From positions 32,001 to 96,000 of the IMG/VR virus record IMGVR_UViG_3300026097_000805: a DNA stretch of 64,000 bases, one strand, 5' to 3'. Position numbers and translations under genes: made by a program. This document shows positions 26,838 through 35,833 of this stretch, piece after piece. The number at the start of each line of letters is the position of its first letter. Positions within the stretch are counted from its first letter, which is position 1. The DNA is from a virus. The notes beneath the pieces were generated by a model, which was given only the letters and a program-made list of their open reading frames with translations, did no database searches and was not told the origin of the DNA.

Positions 26838-28368
26838 CTAGTTTCTCCAACTTAGTTTCTTCCTCTTCAGAGAAAACACCGTCTTCGTGCTCGTCTTCAG
26901 GCTCAGGTTCTTCTACATCAAAGAGTGCGTTAAAGTGTGTACTAGCGTTTACAGTCTTTTTACCAATTGCACCTCTAGTACCAGGTATTGCCATCCAAAA
27001 CTTTGAATAGTCATCTATCTTAGCTAGTGCTTCGTCTCTGTCTGTGATTGCAAATATTTCTTCCACAACATCTCTAAATAGAATCCTGTCAAACTGTTCT
27101 TGCACAAGCATCCGTGGAATAACTCCTGCATCGTATTGTCTGTTTGCTTCTTGTACAGCATTGATATGACTCCATACGTTATGGCCCATCTGAATAGCAT
27201 AGCTAAAGCTATCCCAAGACGTTTTACCTTCTTTGCCGATTTTGTTTAGATCTCCGGGAGCATAAGTGCAAACGTCAGATACTTTGAGTTCGGCAGTGAG
27301 CGGACTGTCTTCAAAGTTTTTAAATATCCCATCTGATATAACAGCATCTCTGAACAGTCTGTTGTCTGTAGCATATTTTTTATCGTCAACACTTGGCACC
27401 ATTCGATATGTCCATTTCGACCGATCCTCAGTTTCATTCTGGATGTAAATCTGTCCGTTTGCGGTTGCGAGGAAAGGACTTGCACAGTCAAAAGTAATAG
27501 TAAAGTTCTCATTATAGTTTTTCCGTACAGCACGTTGAATATCAGTAAGCAAACAAGCCCACTCTAACTTTGATGTTCCTAGGAAGTGCATTACATCGTG
27601 TATGCCTTTTTCTAATAAGCCGTCAAAGTGCATAGTCACAATACGTTTTAGTACCAAGTGTACGTCACACATGTTCTGTCCACCCATTGCCCACCCATTA
27701 AAGTGATTGTCTGGATACTGCTTAGGATCGCAGTACTTCTTCATGCGATCATACCAATCATCTGCTTCTGCGTGATTCTCACCTTGTAGCACGTTTAAGA
27801 ACTTACAAGCACCTGTGCGATTGGCAATCCAATAGTCATTGTTGATGTATGTGCCTTCAACAGCTTCCATATATGATGTAATGCCAGTAGCTTCACGTCC
27901 TGCTGGCGAGCGACATACCCAAGCAGGAATATCAAGGATCATACCATAGTCCATATAAGCATCCATCCAACGGAGAACTTGTTCTCTTTTCTTTTGTGCT
28001 TTAGGACAGTTAGGATTTTTCCAGTCTCCTTCCCATACGCCTTTACCAATCTGGAAGCCACCTGAGTCACCCAAGATCCAGCTATTCTGTCTATCTCTAT
28101 TACGCACCATGTCTTCTTTAGGTGCGTGTTTGTTTACATCAAGTTCAGCATGTCCTGCTGAGTACAGTGTCCATTGATACTGGAACTGTCCTTCTTGTTG
28201 ATTAAGATAGTTTAGACTTTCAACACCGTGTGTAAAGTTGCTAGGAACACGAGACTTATCCACATATTCGTCATAACGCTGTTTGCCCACATAAGTTGCA
28301 TAGAAGCCACTCAGTGCAGGTAGGAATCTAGCGTAATCCTTTTGTTCTGCGGTTAAGTCTTTTTTCAT
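26821..28368 (-). CDS. TGT-fold base-exchange enzyme (DpdA-like deazaguanine DNA transglycosylase)
   Basis: LGDSGGFQI, MILDIP, VLQG, AMGG, HFLG, TFDCASP, HN TGT motifs; no CxCxxC Zn site seen. Confidence 0.8.
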   Translation of the reverse strand: MKKDLTAEQKDYARFLPALSGFYATYVGKQRYDEYVDKSRVPSNFTHGVESLNYLNQQEGQFQYQWTLYSAGHAELDVNKHAPKEDMVRNRDRQNSWILGDSGGFQIGKGVWEGDWKNPNCPKAQKKREQVLRWMDAYMDYGMILDIPAWVCRSPAGREATGITSYMEAVEGTYINNDYWIANRTGACKFLNVLQGENHAEADDWYDRMKKYCDPKQYPDNHFNGWAMGGQNMCDVHLVLKRIVTMHFDGLLEKGIHDVMHFLGTSKLEWACLLTDIQRAVRKNYNENFTITFDCASPFLATANGQIYIQNETEDRSKWTYRMVPSVDDKKYATDNRLFRDAVISDGIFKNFEDSPLTAELKVSDVCTYAPGDLNKIGKEGKTSWDSFSYAIQMGHNVWSHINAVQEANRQYDAGVIPRMLVQEQFDRILFRDVVEEIFAITDRDEALAKIDDYSKFWMAIPGTRGAIGKKTVNASTHFNALFDVEEPEPEDEHEDGVFSEEEETKLEKLDEQLD

Positions 28369-29096
28369 TACTTACTCTGCGCTGGAAGAATATAATCGTA
28401 TTTTACCATACCTGAATCTACACTAATCTTCATAGCGCCTTGATCCGAAATACTCATAGTCAAGTCACCATCTAAGTTTAGAATAGCTTGCGTTTGTGCT
28501 ACAGGCCAACTCCATGTGTGCTGTAGTGTGCCTGCTACGCCTGCTTCAAATACAAACTCACCTGCGTGTGTGCTTGCATCACCAAACGAGAATACCAAGT
28601 TGCCGTCTTTTGTGCTTACATTAAACGTAGGCTCTTCGCTGTGTGCTGCACTCATCAACTTCATACGTGCAATAGCAGCCATGCTTGGAGTAAACTCTAC
28701 ATTCCAGCTAGCACCTTTAAACTTAACAGTTTTTAACTTCTCCTCAATAATTGCTTTGTTCATAAAGCGATAGTCATTCTGGAAGTCACCTGCGGCATTC
28801 TCAAAGTGAATGTGTGTAGGAATAGTTTCACCGTTGCGTTCTGCTTGCACAACGTCAATCTTTGCATCATCCTTGTACTCTGGATTCTTCAAATGCAATG
28901 CAAGTTTGTCTAAGTTAGGCATACCAAATGTGCCTACAAATTCGTTAACAGGCGAGTGTGTTTCCGCTGAAAGAATAACACTACGATCCTCTGCCATTGA
29001 GTCAATTGCTGTGCCGTCTTCGTTGCTTACTTTAACAAGCGACAGGAAGCCTAGTGCGTGAGTATGTGCTACTACGTCTTGTAAGATGTCTTTCAT
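28368..29096 (-). CDS. Sliding clamp (T4 gp45-like), putative
   Basis: 242 aa, two-domain beta-rich clamp-like pattern ending YILPAQ; DNA polymerase B and clamp loader are in the window. Confidence 0.6.
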   Translation of the reverse strand: MKDILQDVVAHTHALGFLSLVKVSNEDGTAIDSMAEDRSVILSAETHSPVNEFVGTFGMPNLDKLALHLKNPEYKDDAKIDVVQAERNGETIPTHIHFENAAGDFQNDYRFMNKAIIEEKLKTVKFKGASWNVEFTPSMAAIARMKLMSAAHSEEPTFNVSTKDGNLVFSFGDASTHAGEFVFEAGVAGTLQHTWSWPVAQTQAILNLDGDLTMSISDQGAMKISVDSGMVKYDYILPAQSK

Positions 29097-29860
29097 TTAG
29101 TTTCTCCGTTGAATAGTTTAAGTATATTGCCTAAGTTGTTGTTTGTCAAGAACTTTTCTACCGTAATCTTCGGTTCCCATCCTAGTGCTCTCATTTGCTC
29201 TATGTTAGCACAAGTATATTCTCTCTCTCCTGGGGTATTTAGACGAACCGGTAGATCAGGCGCCAAATCTTGGATCCTAACAGGATTCCCCGTACCAATG
29301 TCTAATACACCTTTTACATGATCTTTGACAATAAGTATTTCTATAGCATCTAATACATCTTCTAGATGTACAAAGTCTCTATAGTGTTTAGTTGTATATT
29401 CTAGTGTACCATTAAAAAGTTTTTTAAAGAACATATTTTCTCTAGGACAATCTGCTGAATAAACTGTATGAAAACGCATACCTAGCGTATTTGAGTGACG
29501 TACGGCAAGTTCTTCTAGAATATATTTACTTGCAGCATAAGGATTTAAATCTGGTTCGTAGGCTGTGCTACTACTGGCATAGATAATACGTGTATCAGCA
29601 TAGCGTTCGAAAAGTCGTCTACTTGCTTCTACATTACTAAACCAATAGGATGCAGGGTCTTTATGGCTCTCTCTAACACCACTTTTACCTGCAAGATGTA
29701 TGACTAAGTCAACTTTTGTAGGCCAATCTGTATAGTTTACTAAATCGAATTGAGGACCGTCCTTAATATCAATTCCATGTATATTATGTCCCAATTTCTC
29801 TAAGCGTTTTTGTAATGCGCTTCCAACAAATCCTTTATTTCCTGTTATTAGTATATTCAT
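29093..29860 (-). CDS. NAD-dependent epimerase/dehydratase (extended SDR)
   Basis: ILITGNKGFVG, HLAG, ASSS..Y, YAASK, RFHTVY. Confidence 0.9.
   Translation of the reverse strand: MNILITGNKGFVGSALQKRLEKLGHNIHGIDIKDGPQFDLVNYTDWPTKVDLVIHLAGKSGVRESHKDPASYWFSNVEASRRLFERYADTRIIYASSSTAYEPDLNPYAASKYILEELAVRHSNTLGMRFHTVYSADCPRENMFFKKLFNGTLEYTTKHYRDFVHLEDVLDAIEILIVKDHVKGVLDIGTGNPVRIQDLAPDLPVRLNTPGEREYTCANIEQMRALGWEPKITVEKFLTNNNLGNILKLFNGETK
29121..29149 (-). promoter_or_regulatory. sigma70-type promoter for the clamp gene
   Basis: TTGACA-aacaacaacttaggcaa-TATACT, 17-nt spacer. Confidence 0.75.
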
Positions 29861-30557
29861 TTTGTAATATCTCCCATGTTTCTTTCCAATCTGTTGTCCA
29901 ATGGTTCTTTCCTTGATAAGAGTTTTTATTTAAAGTATTTGCTAATGGATAATCATTGCCGCCTTCATCCATTCGATCTCCAAAGAATACGATAAAATCA
30001 TCCTTGCTGAAGTCTTGGAGTATTTGACTTTTATCTGCACCCTTAGGAGCAATATCAATACCAGTTTCGCCGCCTACAGTTGCAGTAATATCTGGGAATA
30101 GTTGATTAAACTCGTCTGCTATCCTACGCCTATCGCCATTCCACGCTTCATAGTCAACCCAAGATCGACGCTGTTCTAGTGTAGCATTGCGTCCTACGAT
30201 ACTAAAGTTTACCATGCCCGGTCGATGTTCAAAATGCGAGCCTGTGCGAATGTTAAAATCACATTTAGTTAACTGCGTAGTTAACCATTCGTGTGCAGAC
30301 TCTGGCAATGTCCAATTGTTTCTACGCACATTTACATCACCTTCATAAACATCACTGCCACTGCAATTGTATACACGCTTGCACTTATGATATATAAACT
30401 CGCCAACTTGCTCTACAGTCTTTGCACGATCTGATCCGGTTACTAAGTATACATCGTTGTCTTCACAAAACTTACTAAACCACGAAGCAAAGTGTTTGTT
30501 CATGCGACCTCTACTGGGTGTTAGTGTGCCGTCTACGTCAAATATAAACTTATTCAT
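29835..30557 (-). CDS. Phosphomannomutase (HAD IIB, eukaryotic-PMM-like)
   Basis: FDVDGTLT, VTGSD, E.R.GMVNFSIVGR, GG..GIDI.P.G.DK, FFGD....GGNDY. Confidence 0.85.
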   Translation of the reverse strand: MNKFIFDVDGTLTPSRGRMNKHFASWFSKFCEDNDVYLVTGSDRAKTVEQVGEFIYHKCKRVYNCSGSDVYEGDVNVRRNNWTLPESAHEWLTTQLTKCDFNIRTGSHFEHRPGMVNFSIVGRNATLEQRRSWVDYEAWNGDRRRIADEFNQLFPDITATVGGETGIDIAPKGADKSQILQDFSKDDFIVFFGDRMDEGGNDYPLANTLNKNSYQGKNHWTTDWKETWEILQNEYTNNRK

Positions 30558-30774
30558 TCTCTTGTTTTAATCTCCATTGGCAGTAAGCCTCCCAACCAAA
30601 CTCATAAAGTGCGTATGCTGCAACAAAGCCTACATACGGAATAGTAAACGCCATAGTTAGCATTATGTCTGCGGCTAGCAATGCTGCTGGATAATCATAC
30701 CATCTAATCATACTAATAAAACTCCTGCAACTAATGATACTATCGCTACGATAGCAAGAGTACCTAATATCCAC
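30550..30774 (-). CDS. Hypothetical membrane protein
   Basis: Hydrophobic 74-aa ORF; exact start uncertain. Confidence 0.55.
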   Translation of the reverse strand: MDIRYSCYRSDSIISCRSFISMIRWYDYPAALLAADIMLTMAFTIPYVGFVAAYALYEFGWEAYCQWRLKQENE

Positions 30775-30783
30775 GGCATAATT

Positions 30784-30966
30784 TTATCTATCATTGCCTA
30801 AACCAAAGCAAGGCGTAGCAAGTGACATATGACATTTTCGAGCATACTCTTCTGGTCCCATAATAGCAATGTTCATTAGCAACGGTACGCCTACCATAAA
30901 AAATGTAACGATTAAAATTGCCCAACCAAGACCTTTTAGTGTGCAATAATTTGTTTGTTCAGCCAT
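30784..30966 (-). CDS. Hypothetical membrane protein
   Basis: 60 aa, one TM-like segment. Confidence 0.6.
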   Translation of the reverse strand: MAEQTNYCTLKGLGWAILIVTFFMVGVPLLMNIAIMGPEEYARKCHMSLATPCFGLGNDR

Positions 30967-31378
30967 TGTTTTGTCTTTCTGCTACTCTAGCTCTAAGATC
31001 GCTGCTACTAAAGCGATGATCACGTTTGTTAAAGTACAGTTCGATATCACGTTTTGCACAGATTGCTCTTCCTGTGAACTTTCCGTCTCTATACTCTTCT
31101 CCTATTACTCTAACATCAATATGATACATTGTCAAGATATCTTCTAGATCTTGTTCTGTGCTATACGGAATAATTTCGTCTACATAGCCAACTGCTTTGA
31201 GTTGTGTGTAGCGTTCTACAATAGTCTGAACTGGAGAGTTTTTTTCTTTCCTGTCCACACTAGGATCAATTTGTAATCCACATATTAGGTAATCACACTG
31301 TTGCTTTGCTTCACGCAACATTTGTACATGTCCTGCGTGAAGTAAATCGAAGGTTGATGCGGTAAATCCTACTCTCAT
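30959..31378 (-). CDS. Cytidylyltransferase (TagD/glycerol-3-phosphate CT-like)
   Basis: STFDLLHAGH (HIGH), ER...L...YVDE.IPY, R.H.FSSS.LR. Confidence 0.9.
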   Translation of the reverse strand: MRVGFTASTFDLLHAGHVQMLREAKQQCDYLICGLQIDPSVDRKEKNSPVQTIVERYTQLKAVGYVDEIIPYSTEQDLEDILTMYHIDVRVIGEEYRDGKFTGRAICAKRDIELYFNKRDHRFSSSDLRARVAERQNNG

Positions 31379-32184
31379 CCTACAAATGCCTTTTCTAATA
31401 CATATGACCCTTGCTCTTTTTTAGTGCCTTCGGACCATCCGTTCTTGTCTAACATTTCTTTGATGTCCAAATTAAACTCCATATTACCACAAAGCATAAC
31501 TTTATCTGTTTCAGGAGTAGCATTTGTCATAATCGCACCGTTTTTGACTAAATCTGTTATACGATCACTTGTGCCGTTCCACCCATCGCCTCGAGTAACC
31601 ACAGGAGTATAGTCAATGTCTTGTTCCTGTAAAAACTCATTGTATGCTAGTATTTCTGCTTCTGTTCTCACACTCCATACAACGTGTATACGCTTGTATT
31701 TAGATCGTGTAGCAGGATCACGCAACAAACTGATAAACGGAGCAATGCCTGTACCAGTTGCTAACAGCCATAGATTGTCACCTTCTGTTAGATTGTCAAT
31801 CAGCAATGTACCTGTGGGTTTATTGCCTACACTAACAGTATCACCTGGTTGAATCTTTTGCAGTTTACTTGTAAGAGGACCGTCCGGTACTTTGATGCTG
31901 TAAAACTCAACAAAGTCGTCTTCTGGTCCGCTTGTAATACTGTAAGCACGTTTAGGAGCGTCTTCTACACTAATCATAGTAAACTCGCCTGCACGGAACT
32001 TGAAGTTATTAGGCTTAGTCAACCTAAAGCGGAACAAACTATCTGTGTAGTGTTCTACTTCTGTGACTGTAAGTTGTCCTTGTTCTTCTTCAAGATACTT
32101 TTTATATTCAATTTGATATTCTTCTTCGCTAAGAGAGTGCCACCCACGGCATCCGTCTGGTGAACGTCCACATCCACAAGCCAT
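31375..32184 (-). CDS. fpr: Ferredoxin-NADP+ reductase with N-terminal CDGSH-like Cys/His motif
   Basis: RAYSITS, GPLTSKL, ATGTGIAPF, MLCGN..., EKAFVG terminus; N-terminal CGCGRSPDGCRGWH. Confidence 0.88.
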   Translation of the reverse strand: MACGCGRSPDGCRGWHSLSEEEYQIEYKKYLEEEQGQLTVTEVEHYTDSLFRFRLTKPNNFKFRAGEFTMISVEDAPKRAYSITSGPEDDFVEFYSIKVPDGPLTSKLQKIQPGDTVSVGNKPTGTLLIDNLTEGDNLWLLATGTGIAPFISLLRDPATRSKYKRIHVVWSVRTEAEILAYNEFLQEQDIDYTPVVTRGDGWNGTSDRITDLVKNGAIMTNATPETDKVMLCGNMEFNLDIKEMLDKNGWSEGTKKEQGSYVLEKAFVG

Positions 32185-32306
32185 TACTCGTCCTCCTCGT
32201 AGTTTAATTGTTCTTTTAGTTCGTTTACAAGATCAGCAACTTTCTCAATAAGTGCTACATCTTGATCGCTTTCTGTGTCTAGTTCCACTTCAATTTTAAT
32301 TTTCAT
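32184..32306 (-). CDS. Small acidic protein (40 aa)
   Basis: Not in ORF track. MKIKIEVELDTESDQDVALIEKVADLVNELKEQLNYEEDE fills the gap exactly. Confidence 0.65.
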   Translation of the reverse strand: MKIKIEVELDTESDQDVALIEKVADLVNELKEQLNYEEDE

Positions 32307-32307
32307 A

Positions 32308-34977
32308 TTACTCTCCAAAGTCAAACAAACTGTTAAATGTAGTGTGCTGCTTTGTATCTTCTAGTGGATAGTTCAACACACCAATCAAGTTGTCTAACTT
32401 ATTATCAATAATAGTTTCTGCCATTGCCGCATCATCAAATGGCAACTCTTTGAACCAATCGGGCAAACGCAACTCATCTGTAGGATACGCAACACTTGTA
32501 TAGCCTAGCGGATTTTGCTTGAGCTTGCAAACAATAACTTTCATACCATCTACAATCTCTTGAGAGTATTTGTCTCCATTCATGCGCTTGAGTGTATTCC
32601 AATTAATACTTGCTCTAACGTGTCCGGGCATATTCGCTTTGCCTTGCTTTTGCTCCAGTCGCTGATAGTGTCCGATCTTGTTTGCACGTTTGGGCGAACC
32701 TTTTTCCCAACCCGGCATTTCTTGAAACTCTTTGCGGAACTGTGTAATACGCTCTAGTACATCTGCCTGCGGAACATCTGTTAGCACCATTAGCAATAGT
32801 TCTTTCAAGAAGTCCTGCATAAACACAGGTGTATCCGAACGGCGCAAGTCCAAGCCCATGGCCTTTACCTTACCCGGACTTCCTTCTTGGTCTGTTCTAA
32901 AGCCTTCGTTATCTACTACTAGTGCCGCATAACGCTTCTTAGTAATATACAAACCGCTTACAGCAACAATCTCACGTCCTGCTGCAATTACGTCTGCACG
33001 ACTTTTAGGACAGTGAAACGCACGACCCATAAAGTCAACAAACGTTGTGTCTACTTGCTCACAGATTTGATCATACAGCGCAATAGCCTTTTCAGTCGAC
33101 CATTCTAGTTTACCAGACTCTACGTCATCTTTTAGAATAGGCCATGCACTAAAATACACAGAGTCAGTATCACCGTAAATAACAGCCTTGCCTACATGAT
33201 CATACTCGCCTGCAATAGTCTTGTTTGCTTCTGCACTCATGTGCTTAACAATCTGTCTACCTGTAAGTGTAGTTGACTGTCCGATACGTTTATCGAAGAA
33301 TCTACAACCAGGATTGAGAATCGCACCATACAAACTGTTCAAGTTAATCTTCTTAACTAACTGTCGTTTGTCCCAGTATTCAATCTCAGCATCGTTCTTA
33401 GCATCCTTTGCTTTTTTCAGCATCTTCTGCATGTCTTTACGTTCAGCATACCAACGCTTTAGAATACCTGGAATTACACCTTCAAACTCAGTTGTAAATA
33501 TAGTACCGTTAGCACTAAGCATCCAAGGCATATGTGAGTCGAATATAAGTTGATAAATCTCCGCACCTGATAGTACATCCGACCTACCATCCTCCCAATC
33601 AACTGTAAGTGCAACATCCTTTCGTTGATCCATAACTGCTTCGTATTCTTCTGTCGCAAATCTACCTTCCCAACTGCCTGCAAAGCTCTTTTTCTTTAGT
33701 GTCATGTCTTCATGCACACGAGCATCGCTGATCTCTGCTCGAATCTGTCCTACAATAGTTTCTGGCGCCATGTTCAACGCACGAATCACACTAGGATACA
33801 GTGAATTCAAGTCCATTGACGCCACCCACTTGTGTAAGCCCTTCTTAGGAAACGCAACATACGCACCCGCTGCCTGTGTGTTCTCGTCGTCACGTTGTTT
33901 GCGATTGGGTACTTGTAGCCCACGATTGTGTGCTTCGTTGATAATGCCTTGCTCTGTGACAGCAACAGCGCCCATTGTAGTTTGTAATAGTACTGTATTT
34001 TCGTGTGCAACTGTATTACTCAGGTCAATGAAGCGCAGTTTCTTGTCTAGCTTGTCAAGTAGTGCAGTATCCTGAATATTATATTCAATAAACTTACGGA
34101 AATCGTTGTTGTACAGTTGATCCAGTGTACCTTCATATGGTACTTTGTTTTCACCTACTTCAATCTCGCCGATAGCATCCAGTCGATATGTGTGACGTTC
34201 TTCATAGGTGTACTTGCGATACAGTTCAAGACTGTCCAAGTGTACACGACCTACTAGATCAAACGTGACAGCTTGCTTCCCATATTTTTCATATTCACGC
34301 TTCTTGGGCAATTGTCCCCATAAGCAGAATCTACGTGTATCATCTTTGCTTAATACACGCATTGTTCTATTAACAGTGTAGGGAATATCATAACCTTCAC
34401 TGTTCCAGCCACTTAAAATATCAGCATCTTCAATTAGTGTCAAGAAAGTGTCAATCATCTCACTTTCTTTTTCAAACAACATTACATTGTCAATGCCTTC
34501 AAGTTCTACCTTTGCTTGCTCCATAGTAAGTGTCTTAGGCGGAACAGCAAGACACACCATTGTTTCCATCCACTGCAAATATACAGATATTGATGTAATG
34601 GGCATAAACGGATCCGCAGGATCAGCAAAGCCTCGTTCCGGATCAAAGTCCGTCTCGATATCGAAGAACGCAATGTTTAGTTTGGGTGCATCTTGATTGA
34701 GATAGTGTTCGCTTAAACACTGAAAGATTGGATTTACATCGCTTTCAAAAAGTGTTTTATCTTTGTTGATAGCAACTTCTTTGCGAAAGTCTTTTGTGTT
34801 CTTACACACAATGCGAGATAACGGATCGCCGTACACACTCTTGTACTTGCCGCGTTCGTCCTTGTAATAAAAAGTATATTTTGCTTGATATTCTTGGAAG
34901 TGTCTTTTGCCGTCTCGTCGTTCTACGACACGGATAATATCTTGATCGCGATCGAACATCGCGTCTACATATGGCAT
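32308..34977 (-). CDS. Family B DNA polymerase (T4 gp43-like)
   Basis: Exo FFDIETD, GWNSEGYDIPY, YNIQD; Pol MDLNSLYPS, K...NSLYG, YGDTDS, KKRY. Confidence 0.97.
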   Translation of the reverse strand: MPYVDAMFDRDQDIIRVVERRDGKRHFQEYQAKYTFYYKDERGKYKSVYGDPLSRIVCKNTKDFRKEVAINKDKTLFESDVNPIFQCLSEHYLNQDAPKLNIAFFDIETDFDPERGFADPADPFMPITSISVYLQWMETMVCLAVPPKTLTMEQAKVELEGIDNVMLFEKESEMIDTFLTLIEDADILSGWNSEGYDIPYTVNRTMRVLSKDDTRRFCLWGQLPKKREYEKYGKQAVTFDLVGRVHLDSLELYRKYTYEERHTYRLDAIGEIEVGENKVPYEGTLDQLYNNDFRKFIEYNIQDTALLDKLDKKLRFIDLSNTVAHENTVLLQTTMGAVAVTEQGIINEAHNRGLQVPNRKQRDDENTQAAGAYVAFPKKGLHKWVASMDLNSLYPSVIRALNMAPETIVGQIRAEISDARVHEDMTLKKKSFAGSWEGRFATEEYEAVMDQRKDVALTVDWEDGRSDVLSGAEIYQLIFDSHMPWMLSANGTIFTTEFEGVIPGILKRWYAERKDMQKMLKKAKDAKNDAEIEYWDKRQLVKKINLNSLYGAILNPGCRFFDKRIGQSTTLTGRQIVKHMSAEANKTIAGEYDHVGKAVIYGDTDSVYFSAWPILKDDVESGKLEWSTEKAIALYDQICEQVDTTFVDFMGRAFHCPKSRADVIAAGREIVAVSGLYITKKRYAALVVDNEGFRTDQEGSPGKVKAMGLDLRRSDTPVFMQDFLKELLLMVLTDVPQADVLERITQFRKEFQEMPGWEKGSPKRANKIGHYQRLEQKQGKANMPGHVRASINWNTLKRMNGDKYSQEIVDGMKVIVCKLKQNPLGYTSVAYPTDELRLPDWFKELPFDDAAMAETIIDNKLDNLIGVLNYPLEDTKQHTTFNSLFDFGE

Positions 34978-35005
34978 TTATTTCTCCTTGTTGATTATGG
35001 CCAAC

Positions 35006-35278
35006 TTAACCATCTACATGCTCTTTTGAGCGAGACTTGTACCATTGTACCAGTCCGTAAATACTTAGCGCAAACCAAAATATCTCAATAATAATACTGG
35101 ATAGGTTAGGTTTGAAGTATAAGTTAATGCCAAGCAGTACAGCAACAACCATGTTATTGAAGCTATACCAAAAGCCCTTGGCATCTAGTTTGCCAAACTG
35201 TAGTAAGGCAAACGTTCCAACTAGTATGACAACACCTACGTTGCCTACAAAGTCGCTCCATTCATAAGTGTATTCCAT
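35006..35278 (-). CDS. Small multi-TM membrane protein
   Basis: Three hydrophobic helices, 90 aa. Confidence 0.7.
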   Translation of the reverse strand: MEYTYEWSDFVGNVGVVILVGTFALLQFGKLDAKGFWYSFNNMVVAVLLGINLYFKPNLSSIIIEIFWFALSIYGLVQWYKSRSKEHVDG

Positions 35279-35281
35279 CCA

Positions 35282-35515
35282 TCACCTAATAAAATAATTG
35301 TATATTCCGTATGCATCTACAAATAGAAACACAAAGTTTTGTATAAACATGGGCTTGTCTTTTAAATAAAAGAACAAACTACTCAAAACCACATGTCCTA
35401 GTGCAAATACAATAAATCCATAGCGACTGTATTCAAAGTTCGAACTTAGTAGTATAGCCGCAATGAAAAATAATATTGTGCCGGTCCACTTGGCAGTCTC
35501 TTGGTAGCGTATCAC
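35282..35515 (-). CDS. Small multi-TM membrane protein
   Basis: Hydrophobic 77 aa. Confidence 0.65.
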   Translation of the reverse strand: MIRYQETAKWTGTILFFIAAILLSSNFEYSRYGFIVFALGHVVLSSLFFYLKDKPMFIQNFVFLFVDAYGIYNYFIR

Positions 35516-35772
35516 TTATCGTATCCGAGTGTAGCAACAAGTGTTTCGAGATCTTCGTGTGCATCTGCATGATTGTCCCAGTCACGATTCTTAGCAATTT
35601 TAATTGCTTTGTTAATAAGTGCAGGTTTGATATCGAGTTCTTCTGCAACAGCTTTTACAGTTTCTTTAAGGCCGCCCTGCAAGTCTTCTACTTCTTGCAT
35701 GACAGTTACTCCTTCACGCACAAGACGTTCTAATTTTGCTTTTTCTTCTGGTCCGTAGGTACGGTCACTCAT
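35512..35772 (-). CDS. DsbA/GapR-like dsDNA-binding protein
   Basis: Helical L..LV.E...QE..DL...LKE..K...EE.DI.P..I.KAIK pattern; strong GGAGG SD. Confidence 0.6.
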   Translation of the reverse strand: MSDRTYGPEEKAKLERLVREGVTVMQEVEDLQGGLKETVKAVAEELDIKPALINKAIKIAKNRDWDNHADAHEDLETLVATLGYDK

Positions 35773-35800
35773 TAGGATACTCCTCCGTTAATTTATAACT

Positions 35801-35829
35801 AGTATATGATATATTTAGGTAGATGTCAA
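35801..35829 (-). promoter_or_regulatory. sigma70-type promoter with TAAATA embedded in the spacer
   Basis: TTGACA-tctaccTAAATAtatca-TATACT, 17-nt spacer. Confidence 0.78.
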
Positions 35830-35833
35830 GTAT

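Noticed and set aside
32308-34977. Intein or intron in the DNA polymerase
   Set aside because: The 889 aa are continuous with normally spaced motifs, with no C/S...HN intein borders or LAGLIDADG motif.
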